Source: a virus
Taxonomy: Duplodnaviria > Caudoviricetes
IMG/VR virus record: IMGVR_UViG_3300014165_000013
Span: 1 to 29,320 of that record
Direction: 5' to 3' (one strand)
DNA length: 29,320 nt
This document shows, piece by piece, positions 10,629 through 18,500 of this stretch. Both the position numbers and the translations under genes were made by a program. Below the pieces are notes generated by a model. It worked only from the letters and a program-made list of their open reading frames with translations. It searched no databases and was not told the DNA's origin. The number at the start of each line of letters is the position of its first letter. Positions within the stretch are counted from its first letter, which is position 1.

Positions 10629-11192
10629 ATGTCATTCATAGGCAGCCACCTACTCTTCGGATTCTTCTTAATCTGTGCGGCGTTCGCCAGCCCGTTCATC
10701 CTCGTGGGTGTCATCACATACTACCGTCCCAAGCAAACCGTGCGCTGTGTCGAGAAGTCGTTCAAGTGGCTTGCCATCGTGGTCGCGGTACTGGTTGCCC
10801 TAATCATACTCTTCGCCATTATTGATGCCATGACGCCTATGACACTCGTGATAATCCTATTGCTCGCGATCCTTTTCAGGCAGCACAGGCAAAGGGCCAG
10901 TCACAATCTGACTCCTGCTCCAGTTGATCATCATGCCGAAGCCATGCTTGATAACATGGCGTCACTAGCTTACAAAGTCCAAGAACTTAAAGATCAGGTT
11001 GAACAACTTCAAGTTCAGCTAGCTGGCGTGTCCGTGGCGGCTTTGGGTGGTACCTCCCATCCTGCTGTCGAGGGTGACTATGTCTGGTCAAGTGCTTACC
11101 GGGATGTCCTGGAACTGCGTCGCGAGTATGACAGTCTAAAGAGAGCACCGGGCGCGGAGCGTCTAACTGCCGATGACAAGATCCGGGGATGA
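10629..11192 (+). CDS. Membrane protein (about 3 TM helices plus C-terminal coiled/soluble module)
   Basis: GGAGG at 10619-10623 precedes ATG 10629, a better start than 10617. Three hydrophobic stretches, then VQELKDQVEQLQVQLAG...GDYVWSSAYRDVL. Confidence 0.75.
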   Translation: MSFIGSHLLFGFFLICAAFASPFILVGVITYYRPKQTVRCVEKSFKWLAIVVAVLVALIILFAIIDAMTPMTLVIILLLAILFRQHRQRASHNLTPAPVDHHAEAMLDNMASLAYKVQELKDQVEQLQVQLAGVSVAALGGTSHPAVEGDYVWSSAYRDVLELRREYDSLKRAPGAERLTADDKIRG

Positions 11193-11417
11193 GCATTCGC
11201 TGCCAGTATCCCCTGTCGGGGATTCGGATGACGATCTAATGGATTTCTACGGCATTGAAACGTTCGGGGACGGGCAATATCGCTTAGGACCCGGCTTGCG
11301 ACCAGGATTATCCTTGGTACCTGCGTCGTCCTGTTCCACATCACCCCATTCGTTACGAAGACTGCTGACTTTTACGAGTCCAGCACTGTCCAGGCGTAGC
11401 TTCCAATTGTAATATGT

Positions 11418-11856
11418 GGCAACGGTGAGGCGGAGTGCCGTTCAGCACAGGCAAAGTGGTGTGATTTCCGGTACGTTACTGGCGTAGCTTGATGAGGCGG
11501 GGCATAGGCAAGGCACCGTCGATTTCAGTATCGGCGTAGTCTCTAGCATAGCTGGGGCATGGTGCAGTGATTTCTCGCATCGGCACAGTGAGTTGACGTG
11601 ACGGTGAAGTACCGTCGATTAAGGGCAACGTTACACGAAGTGGCGATTTTGCACAGCGGGGTTGTGTTACGGTTCCGTTAGACGAGGCATCGGCAAGATT
11701 GGGCTAAGTGCAGTGCTGGCAGAGTTATCCTCGGCTGAGGTACAGTTGCGTTGAGTCAAGTTTAGCACGGGCGATGTAGTGCTAGATTCTGCGTTGGCAT
11801 AGCGGAGTGCAACTTGGTTGGGTCATGGTGAAGCACGATTTAGTTCTGCTCAGTTG
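11418..11856 (+). repeat. Non-coding degenerate pentamer (NGYNN) array arranged in GGY-initiated 5n+1 blocks; candidate ncRNA array
   Basis: Manual parse gives 17 blocks starting at 11424, 11450, 11481, 11507, 11533, 11556, 11582, 11603, 11624, 11650, 11671, 11692, 11718, 11739, 11770, 11796 and 11827. Of 83 pentamers, 82 have a pyrimidine at position 3 and 68 have GY at positions 2-3. No ORF of 60 aa or more in the six-frame track. Strand is inferred from flanking genes and the 3' structure. Confidence 0.88.
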
Positions 11857-11922
11857 TTCCGGGAGGATTCCGTGGAGACACGGACACATGTTGCCATAAC
11901 GGTGCCTCAACCTCCCGGAGCA
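11855..11922 (+). ncRNA. Predicted structured RNA element (three-way junction) closing the pentamer array
   Basis: TGTTCCGGGAGG (11855-11866) pairs with CCTCCCGGAGCA (11911-11922). Inner hairpin TCCGTG-GAGA-CACGGA (11869-11884) has a GNRA tetraloop. Weaker second hairpin at 11885-11904. Confidence 0.55.
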
Positions 11923-11932
11923 TCATTGTCCA

Positions 11933-11941
11933 CAGTATTGA
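11933..11941 (+). promoter_or_regulatory. CAGTATTGA motif 6 nt before start codon (candidate leaderless promoter)
   Basis: An identical 9-mer with identical 6-nt spacing precedes GTG 11948 and ATG 14212. Neither gene has a clear SD. Confidence 0.45.
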
Positions 11942-11947
11942 AGCGTC

Positions 11948-12301
11948 GTGAAAGAGCAAATTGAGCAGCTGGTTCGTTCTGGCAAGTGTATGAAAGAGAT
12001 CGCTGTTATCCTGGGTTTTCCTTACAGCAAATTTCCCTTCATTCTTGAGGAATTATGGCCTGAAACTCATGGCCGATGGACGAAGCTCTGTGAATTACTC
12101 GGTGTAGATCCCTGGGCGACCACAAAACGCAACACCTGTGCAGGCGCGGCGGGATCAGCTGTTTTCTCAATGTTGGCAAGGGATTTTCCTGCTCAAAGTA
12201 GCACTATTAGAACCAGGTCAGGAGTATTCAAACTCCCGGAGATCCACATCAAAATTGGTGTGGATTTTCTGTTTAGGAGGCAACATGTTACGTTGGGCTG
12301 A
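11948..12301 (+). CDS. Small putative HTH DNA-binding protein
   Basis: 117 aa. N-terminal IEQLVRSGKCMKEIAVILGFPYSKF is an HTH-like pattern. Confidence 0.55.
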   Translation: MKEQIEQLVRSGKCMKEIAVILGFPYSKFPFILEELWPETHGRWTKLCELLGVDPWATTKRNTCAGAAGSAVFSMLARDFPAQSSTIRTRSGVFKLPEIHIKIGVDFLFRRQHVTLG

Positions 12302-12428
12302 ATTTAACACCGAGGAAGAGGCCGATTCATTTTGTTTTGGTTTGAACGGGTTCGGCTGTCCGTTCTATAAATTGTACGGGGTTAACGGACGCGGAAAATG
12401 GTGGGTAAGATTTGCCGGTCTCTACTAA
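12285..12428 (+). CDS. 47-aa hypothetical protein (MLRWAEFNTEEEADSF...KWWVRFAGLY)
   Basis: Strong SD AGGAGG at 12275-12280 before ATG 12285. The same GGAGGCAACA context occurs at the 10629 gene. It is the 3' half of the 12138 track ORF. Confidence 0.65.
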   Translation: MLRWAEFNTEEEADSFCFGLNGFGCPFYKLYGVNGRGKWWVRFAGLY

Positions 12429-12730
12429 GAACAGAAGGTCAGCAAAGTTTCAATAGCAGCGAGTAGTATCCCGGTGAGGATGACAACGAGTAAAATTCCG
12501 AGGAGAGAAGTTTTTAGGAGTTTCCAGAGAAGTGACGGTTCGGACGGCCTAATCCTCGATGAGAAGTTTTTGGAAATTCGGGCACATTCGTTGCAAATAG
12601 TTGGTTCCTTACCCATAAAGATACCCGCTATTCCTATGGGCCAGAATAAAAGGCAAGTTGGTAGCACCCAATCTGGGTAATGGCCCGCTTCAGTTACTTT
12701 TCCACACTTTTTACAGAGGTCTAATGCCAT
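12425..12730 (-). CDS. Membrane-associated zinc-ribbon protein (LITAF/BRI3-like CxxC-hydrophobic-CxxC) with C-terminal TM helix
   Basis: CKKC...WVLPTCLLFWPIGIAGIFMG...CNEC followed by LLGILLVVILTGILLAAI. Confidence 0.65.
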   Translation of the reverse strand: MALDLCKKCGKVTEAGHYPDWVLPTCLLFWPIGIAGIFMGKEPTICNECARISKNFSSRIRPSEPSLLWKLLKTSLLGILLVVILTGILLAAIETLLTFCS

Positions 12731-12791
12731 GTGCCTACACTCTACCGTTGCCTTCTACAAATCAGCTACAGAAACCCAACAGAGACGAATT

Positions 12792-13457
12792 TTGACCATT
12801 TCCAAACATCTCCGTGAGGCGTTAGTAAGCCGGTTCCCAGGTGTGGATTTTACGCCTTATTTTGCCTTCATTGAATCCCGACCTTCGGTGAAGAAAGGCG
12901 AGAAGCACCATATACTTCCCGAGAACGAATTCCCCAACTTTAAGAACGCTGTCGGCAACCTGATTCGAGTATCCACAGGGGACCATCTAATGGCCCACTA
13001 TTACTTGGCCCTTTGTGCGCCGGACTTCGTCCCATTCCAGATGGTTTTCTATTTCATGGCCAATTTCAGGAAGTACGCTTCCCAGATCAAACTCGAGGAG
13101 TTACCTAGTTTTTGCGAAATCTTCGAAAAGGGAAGAGAACGACAAAAAGTCATAGCAGCAGAAGTTGGTAGGCAAAATGTAATTAGTGGTCAGTTCGCCA
13201 AAATCCAAACGGTTGAAAACAGTTTGAAAGGAGGCCGTGTCGCTGGTCGTATCGCTGTGGATAGCGGCCAGCTTGCTAAAGCCAGTGTTTTAGGTGGTTT
13301 AGCCTCTTTGAAATTAGGTTTGTCTTCGTTAAACCTTAGCCAAATGAAGCCAGAGGATCTCTCCAAGTGGGGTACAAAGGGTAATCATGTCCGTTTTCAC
13401 GTCAATCGCGGTATTACTAATTCAGAATGTTCGTTGTGCGGAGGTAAAGATCAATAA
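12792..13457 (+). CDS. Free-standing HNH homing endonuclease
   Basis: EKHHILP...NLIRVSTGDHLMAHYYL is the phage HNH pattern. Two GRxxVxSGQxAK repeats and a terminal HxRxH...CxxC. The start is probably TTG 12792, since ATG 12729 overlaps the divergent gene's start. Confidence 0.8.
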   Translation: MTISKHLREALVSRFPGVDFTPYFAFIESRPSVKKGEKHHILPENEFPNFKNAVGNLIRVSTGDHLMAHYYLALCAPDFVPFQMVFYFMANFRKYASQIKLEELPSFCEIFEKGRERQKVIAAEVGRQNVISGQFAKIQTVENSLKGGRVAGRIAVDSGQLAKASVLGGLASLKLGLSSLNLSQMKPEDLSKWGTKGNHVRFHVNRGITNSECSLCGGKDQ

Positions 13458-13482
13458 CAAGTAATTGAAAACAATCAAACGG

Positions 13483-13518
13483 CGGCGCGATTCTACATGG
13501 ATCGCGCTGTTTGTTTTT
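13483..13518 (+). terminator. Rho-independent terminator after the HNH gene
   Basis: Stem-loop CGGCGCGATTC-TACAT-GGATCGCGCTG followed by TTTGTTTTT. Confidence 0.75.
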
Positions 13519-13552
13519 AGCTGATTTTGGCCTAAATCTCGTAGGATGATAT

Positions 13553-14185
13553 ATGACGAAAACACTTTTTGCTTTACTCATCTCGTTGTGCTTGACTGTG
13601 GTTGCCCACGGCCAAGTTTCGGCTATGGATGAACACAAGCTCGATGCTTTCGCCCATGCCATAGCACATGCGGAAGGATTTGGTGTGAGGAACACCATTC
13701 CGACGCGATATCACAACCCCGGCGACATTCGTAGCAGACGCGGTGGACGCCATTATGCGGGCCAAGTGGGCCTCAATAGACACGGATATGTGATTTTCAA
13801 AAATGATGCGGCGGGTTTTGCCGCGCTGAAGGACCAACTACGGTTGATGGTTTCCGGCCAATCGAAACATTACGGCGCGGATATGACTCTAGAACGTGTG
13901 GCACGAATTTATGCCACTGGTTGGAAGCGGTGGGCTAAGAACGTCGCCAAACAGCTCGGGGTGTCCCCTTCTGTGACTTTGGTTGAATATTTCGACATTC
14001 CGCCTAGCGTTCAAGTCAGTGACGACGGTCATGCTCTAAGCTCGATTTTAACGTTCACGCCGGTACTTCCGGCTTCTCCAAATGAATTGTCGAAGGAGCA
14101 GGAGAAGGCTCTCGACGATGCCACGTTACAGATGTTGTACCAGCAGGACCAGGATAATCTGCAGCGACAGACATTTTGTATCTGA
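13553..14185 (+). CDS. Signal-peptide-bearing lysozyme-superfamily protein (NPGxIR type peptidoglycan hydrolase-like)
   Basis: N-terminal MTKTLFALLISLCLTVVAHG signal. AIAHAEGF...RYHNPGDIR...GYVIFKNDAAGFAAL...TLERVARIYA...WAKNVAKQLGV matches the NNPGNIR lysozyme-like family pattern. Confidence 0.68.
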   Translation: MTKTLFALLISLCLTVVAHGQVSAMDEHKLDAFAHAIAHAEGFGVRNTIPTRYHNPGDIRSRRGGRHYAGQVGLNRHGYVIFKNDAAGFAALKDQLRLMVSGQSKHYGADMTLERVARIYATGWKRWAKNVAKQLGVSPSVTLVEYFDIPPSVQVSDDGHALSSILTFTPVLPASPNELSKEQEKALDDATLQMLYQQDQDNLQRQTFCI

Positions 14186-14211
14186 TCGAAATCGGGCAGT
14201 ATTGAGTCAAC

Positions 14212-14472
14212 ATGAGAGTTATCCTGCTGCCCGATGAACCCGATAACAACCTTTATGATTATCTTCTGCATGTTGTCCGCTCCCATACTGGAGCGGGCAT
14301 TGTGCCGGAGGAAGGGTTGTTGGCTTACAATCTCTATGCGCGGATTACCCAAGCCCAAGCGGTAGATTTAGCGAATGCGGAGTGTGCTCAGGAAACTGTT
14401 CAACAGCTTGAGCAATTGAAACAACAAGAATCGGAATCCGAAACTCCGCAGTCGGAAAGTGGACAGGTTTAG
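14212..14472 (+). CDS. Hypothetical acidic protein, 86 aa
   Basis: Fills the gap between neighbours, is preceded by the CAGTATTGA motif, and its stop overlaps the convergent lysozyme stop. Confidence 0.6.
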   Translation: MRVILLPDEPDNNLYDYLLHVVRSHTGAGIVPEEGLLAYNLYARITQAQAVDLANAECAQETVQQLEQLKQQESESETPQSESGQV

Positions 14473-14912
14473 GAATCAAACTCCGTAGTTTCGGCCTGCC
14501 TGCGCCGCAATAACCCTGCTACAACTTGACCTCCTGCATGGTCCCAAAGATCAAATTGGGCCGCCGCGCCCGCGTAATTCCCCGAATTTAGGAGGCGCAG
14601 CATTGTGCTGGATTCAAAGTTCCCACTTCCATCGTTGAAGACGAAATCTGTTAGAGCGTCAAACTCTCCTTGCGTGAGAGTTACGGTCACAACTCGATTG
14701 ACAACCTCGGCTGCCCACAGGATGTCTTCCAGGAGCCAAGCATCGGCTTGGGCTTGGGTGATTACCATTCCAACAGTTACATTAGGCCCAGTGTGACCCC
14801 AACCCACGGTTGGAACTCCATGAATGTCTGCGTATCCTACAAGAGCGCAGGATTCGAATTGTTCGGTTAAATGCTCCCCAGTTTGGGAATAAACCATTGG
14901 AGGATTTGGCAT
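14469..14912 (-). CDS. Phage lysozyme, glycoside hydrolase family 24 (RrrD-like)
   Basis: FESCALVGYADIHGVPTVGWGHTG has the E-x8-D-x5-T triad. Also LTQGEFDALTDFVFN, STMLRLLN and GLLRRRQAE. Confidence 0.93.
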   Translation of the reverse strand: MPNPPMVYSQTGEHLTEQFESCALVGYADIHGVPTVGWGHTGPNVTVGMVITQAQADAWLLEDILWAAEVVNRVVTVTLTQGEFDALTDFVFNDGSGNFESSTMLRLLNSGNYAGAAAQFDLWDHAGGQVVAGLLRRRQAETTEFDS

Positions 14913-14922
14913 TGTTTTGTCC

Positions 14923-15462
14923 TTATGTTGCCACGTCTAAGTAGAAACTGTCCTGGGTAAAATCCAGCGTTACCACCATGGTGGAAGCAGGCCCGTCGTT
15001 TTGCAAGATGTTCTCAGCTCCTTCGTCGGGAGTGTAGATCACGGAAATCACGCCGTCAGCATAGGCCAATCCACTCGGAGTGTATCCGATAGTGCTTTCG
15101 TTGAAGTTATTTGTTAACGCATAAAGATCAGCCAACAGGAACTGCATCCACAAAGTCAAGTTCGGATAGGTGGATTCGTCCAGGATTGTCAAAGCAACTT
15201 TGGACAACAGGACTAGACCGGCAGTCGGGAAGCTCGCTTGGGCGCTTCGGTACGGTCCTGGTGTATCAGCTTCTACAAACCATGAAGCGTATTGAAGACC
15301 TGAGATCTCTGAAACTTGCTGCCCGTCTGTGTAAAGGATTCCGTCCCAAGCAAATCCGTTGTGCCCAAGTGATGGATTGTAGAAGGAATCGTCATCTTTA
15401 AGCTCTATCAGCGCGGTGGCTACCATGCTCTGATTCAAGTAGTTGTATGGGATAACTGCCAT
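14923..15462 (-). CDS. Hypothetical acidic beta-rich protein, probably virion-associated
   Basis: 179 aa, co-oriented with and 10 nt upstream of the lysozyme. Composition resembles the structural proteins. Confidence 0.65.
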   Translation of the reverse strand: MAVIPYNYLNQSMVATALIELKDDDSFYNPSLGHNGFAWDGILYTDGQQVSEISGLQYASWFVEADTPGPYRSAQASFPTAGLVLLSKVALTILDESTYPNLTLWMQFLLADLYALTNNFNESTIGYTPSGLAYADGVISVIYTPDEGAENILQNDGPASTMVVTLDFTQDSFYLDVAT

Positions 15463-15495
15463 CGTTGGTTTCTCGCCTTCGGAGTCCTATATGAA

Positions 15496-15521
15496 GGTTT
15501 CGAAACCGACTTCCGGAAGTC
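15496..15521. promoter_or_regulatory. Two abutting perfect palindromes in the divergent intergenic region
   Basis: GGTTTCGAAACC (15496-15507) is immediately followed by GACTTCCGGAAGTC (15508-15521), within the 66-nt gap between divergent starts 15462 and 15529. Confidence 0.55.
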
Positions 15522-15528
15522 AGAATAG

Positions 15529-18500
15529 ATGAAGACCTATCCCACAACAGTTTCCCGAACTTTAGACCCCACTGGCAAGTCTCTCGTCACCGTCGTAGGC
15601 CAACATGACCAAGAGCTGGCCGATGCAGACATTGACCTTATACAAGATCTCCAAGATTTGAAACGGACGAGTCTCTTGGAGTTCACTACTTCGGGCGGCA
15701 TTACTTATGCTCCTTTTCAGTTTAACTCATTCACTCCCAACACTTTCTTCATACCGGCCTTCGATGTCCTGTTCAATGGGGAAGTAATCCATGTGGCCGG
15801 CAATCTATCGGCTGATCTGAATCTGAACCGTGTGGTACTTCCGCCACCCTCGTTTTGGGCACCAGGCACCCAGGCCGAAGATGCTAGTGTCTACGTCGTG
15901 TTCTTGGAGATCTGGTATCAAGCGTTGAATTCTGTCTCTGGTCAGGGTTACTACAAAGATCCTCAGACGGGCTTGCTCTATTTTTATCCTTACGGCGGTG
16001 TTAACCCGGATCCCTCCAATGCGGAAACAATCCCGAACGATAATACCGATCCTTTCTTGCCCAACATCACTACGCAGCGTGCACAGATCCAGTGGCGTCT
16101 CAGTGTGCAGAATGTTTCACTGAGCTACAATTTTTCATCGTACTTGTTTGGTCTGGATCCCGACACCACGGATACGTCGGCTTTTAGTGTTCCATTAGCT
16201 GTGCAGGCCCAAGCAGGCCAAACAGCTCCCATACCGGGTACAGCATATCAATTTGCCAATCTAGGTCCTATCACTGGGGACTCAGCTGTTTGGCGAGCAG
16301 GTTTTCCGATTTGGAATGCAGCAACTTCTTATGCGTTAAATGCTATTGTCACCTATGGTGATCAGTTGTACTACAGCACAGCAGCGAACAACGTCGGAAA
16401 CATTCCAAGTGTTGGTGCTCCCTGGGCTGTTGCCACTATCTATGCTTCTTCTTTGGGCACCATGGATGGCTACAGCTATGCTATGCCAGTGGCAGTTGTT
16501 TTCCAGCGTAACTCGGGTCCCTTCAACATTGGTACCAATCCGTTTGGTTCTGCCAATCCGGCTATTACCGGCTCTGGTCTTCTGGCTTCGGGAATCTCGG
16601 GGCGCTATGATTCCAAGTTGGCGGACCAGATTTTCGTCGGTGACGTGATTGACACCCGTTCTACGGTCAAACTTGACGGGTGGAATTACGATAAAATCAT
16701 GCGAGAAGGTTTCGGTGACCTGGCTGTGGGAAATACTCGCTTGGCGATTTCGCGCGGTCTATCCCCTGGCAACAAACCCGAAGCTCTAGGATCGACGCTA
16801 CCTTACACTGTGGCTGTAGCTCCAAGTCCAGTTTTGGGTACCAACACAATCAGTTCTTGGCTCCCTCTCACTGTGGGTAACACGACGTTGAGTTGTGGAT
16901 TTACAAATGGTTTTGGTTCAAATGCCCAGACCTTTTCCACAGCTATCTTAGTAACCACGAATCAAAAGGCAGTGGGTCTTATTGGGCAGCCTTGGGTCCA
17001 GAACGATTCCTTCACGATTTCGTTGCCGGTGAATGCCGGGGCAACCATCCAGGAAGTAAGTCTGACGGCTCTAGTCACCAATGCCTCGACCGGCCAGATC
17101 ACTCCCGCTGCATTGCTCCAAGGGCAGGTACAGATCATCGTAGGATCTACATCCGCTTCCGTCACCTTCAATAACGTTCTGACGGGTACAGCCTTTGACC
17201 CTGGTGCCAATCCAATATCTGTGGTCGTTGTAGTACAACTTACGGCGGGAACAGCGGTCAACCTAACCCAGATCCCTCTGTCCGTGGACGGCGGCTTGCT
17301 CTCTGATTTCATTTCGGGGAAACAACTCCCGGTCTATGGTGTCTCGGATTATGTGGTTGATGCCACGTTGTTGACCACGGAAGTAGCTGAAATGCTAGTG
17401 TATAACCCAGCATACTCTAGTGTCGTTTTCGGAACCCAGGTTTGGCTCGCCATAGCTGGCACTGATCCGCGTTTAGCGCAGTCAATAGTTGGTGGTGTGC
17501 CATTCACCACGCTGACTCTGAATCGTCTAGCAATAAACGGGATCTCAAATGGGTTGTATGTTCTTCAGGCTTGGGACCAGGCTACGAATGTTTACTATGC
17601 TGTTTCCAGTCGCAGAATGAATGGGGCTAACACTTCAGTTACGGTCCAAGGCGCGGTGCCGGCAACCTCGACTCTTATGGTTTCTCTGTTGTTGCAAGAC
17701 ACTTGCCAAGTCGCTTACAACGCACCGGTCAAAGCTATCACCACGATTGAAGAAACCGTCTTAGTGGGCAACTACAGTTCGAATTTCTTGTTCTCCATGG
17801 ATCCTCGCGTCAGCATCGTCTCAGTGTACTACAACTCGGCGAACAGCACAAACACGATTCTGTTAGCAGCTAACGGGTGCACTCTCCAAGGAGTTTCAGG
17901 GGACACCGTTACCCCGATGATTTGGGTTTTAGACAACCTTGGGAATTTGAACGCCAGTCCAATCAGTAGTTTGAACATAGCTGACGGTTTGATGACGGTC
18001 CAGGTTGTGGGAAACAACCTCACCACAGCCACGTTTGTGCTCGCGATGGCTATCAATCCAAACCTTGATCCAAATTCTTCTTTCGTTGTGCAAATTGAAT
18101 ATCTGCCCTACCAGGGTGAAGGTGTTCTTTCAAGGAATTACGAATTTGTTCACGCTGAGGATAATGCGCTGGTGACTACCAATGGCACCGGCACAGCACC
18201 GGTGGCAGGATTGTCTGATGTGTTTCCTTATAACCGTGAGTTGCCACTCGCGGTGTCTATGCCTTCCCAGTTAAGCTGGAATGATGCGACTCTAACAAAC
18301 GAAGCGGTATCTAGTTTCTTCGACAGCAACTTCGTTACGATGCGTGTAAATGATGTGGAACACACTTTCCTGGTGCCTTTGCATACTGCTGACTTCATCC
18401 CACCGGTTAACAAAGATCTTCGGAAGACCATCCAATTCATATCCACTGGTGGGCGCGGATTCTCCAAGGCCATTCCGCACATCGGTTACGGCATAGGCGG

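Noticed and set aside
10629-11192. Holin assignment
   Set aside because: It has TM helices but is more than 2 kb from the lysins, with a long soluble tail and no diagnostic features.
11173-11412. 79-aa ORF, or a RAMP/Cas7-like effector directly upstream of the array
   Set aside because: It has no SD and is too short for a RAMP fold. Alternative frames give only fragments (16 aa from ATG 11189, and a start-less hydrophobic frame ending at about 11399). It may be a decayed gene but is not supportable.
11424-11449. Variable bases of the first block (GAGGGAGCCTCAACA) share GGGAGCCTCA with 10451-10460, suggesting a self-target
   Set aside because: A 10-nt match is expected by chance given the many blocks, decodings and 58 kb of searchable strands.
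11418-11856. CRISPR array, tRNA cluster or protein-coding pentapeptide repeat as the explanation of the array
   Set aside because: There are no identical 23-50 nt direct repeats and no cloverleaf or T-loop motifs. The 5n+1 blocks shift the reading frame, and the track has no long ORF here.
11855-11922. Known self-cleaving ribozyme or intrinsic terminator
   Set aside because: No hammerhead, twister, pistol or HDV core could be matched by eye, and there is no U-tract.
12729-12791. HNH start at ATG 12729
   Set aside because: It overlaps the start codon and promoter-like motif of the divergent gene; TTG 12792 is more plausible.
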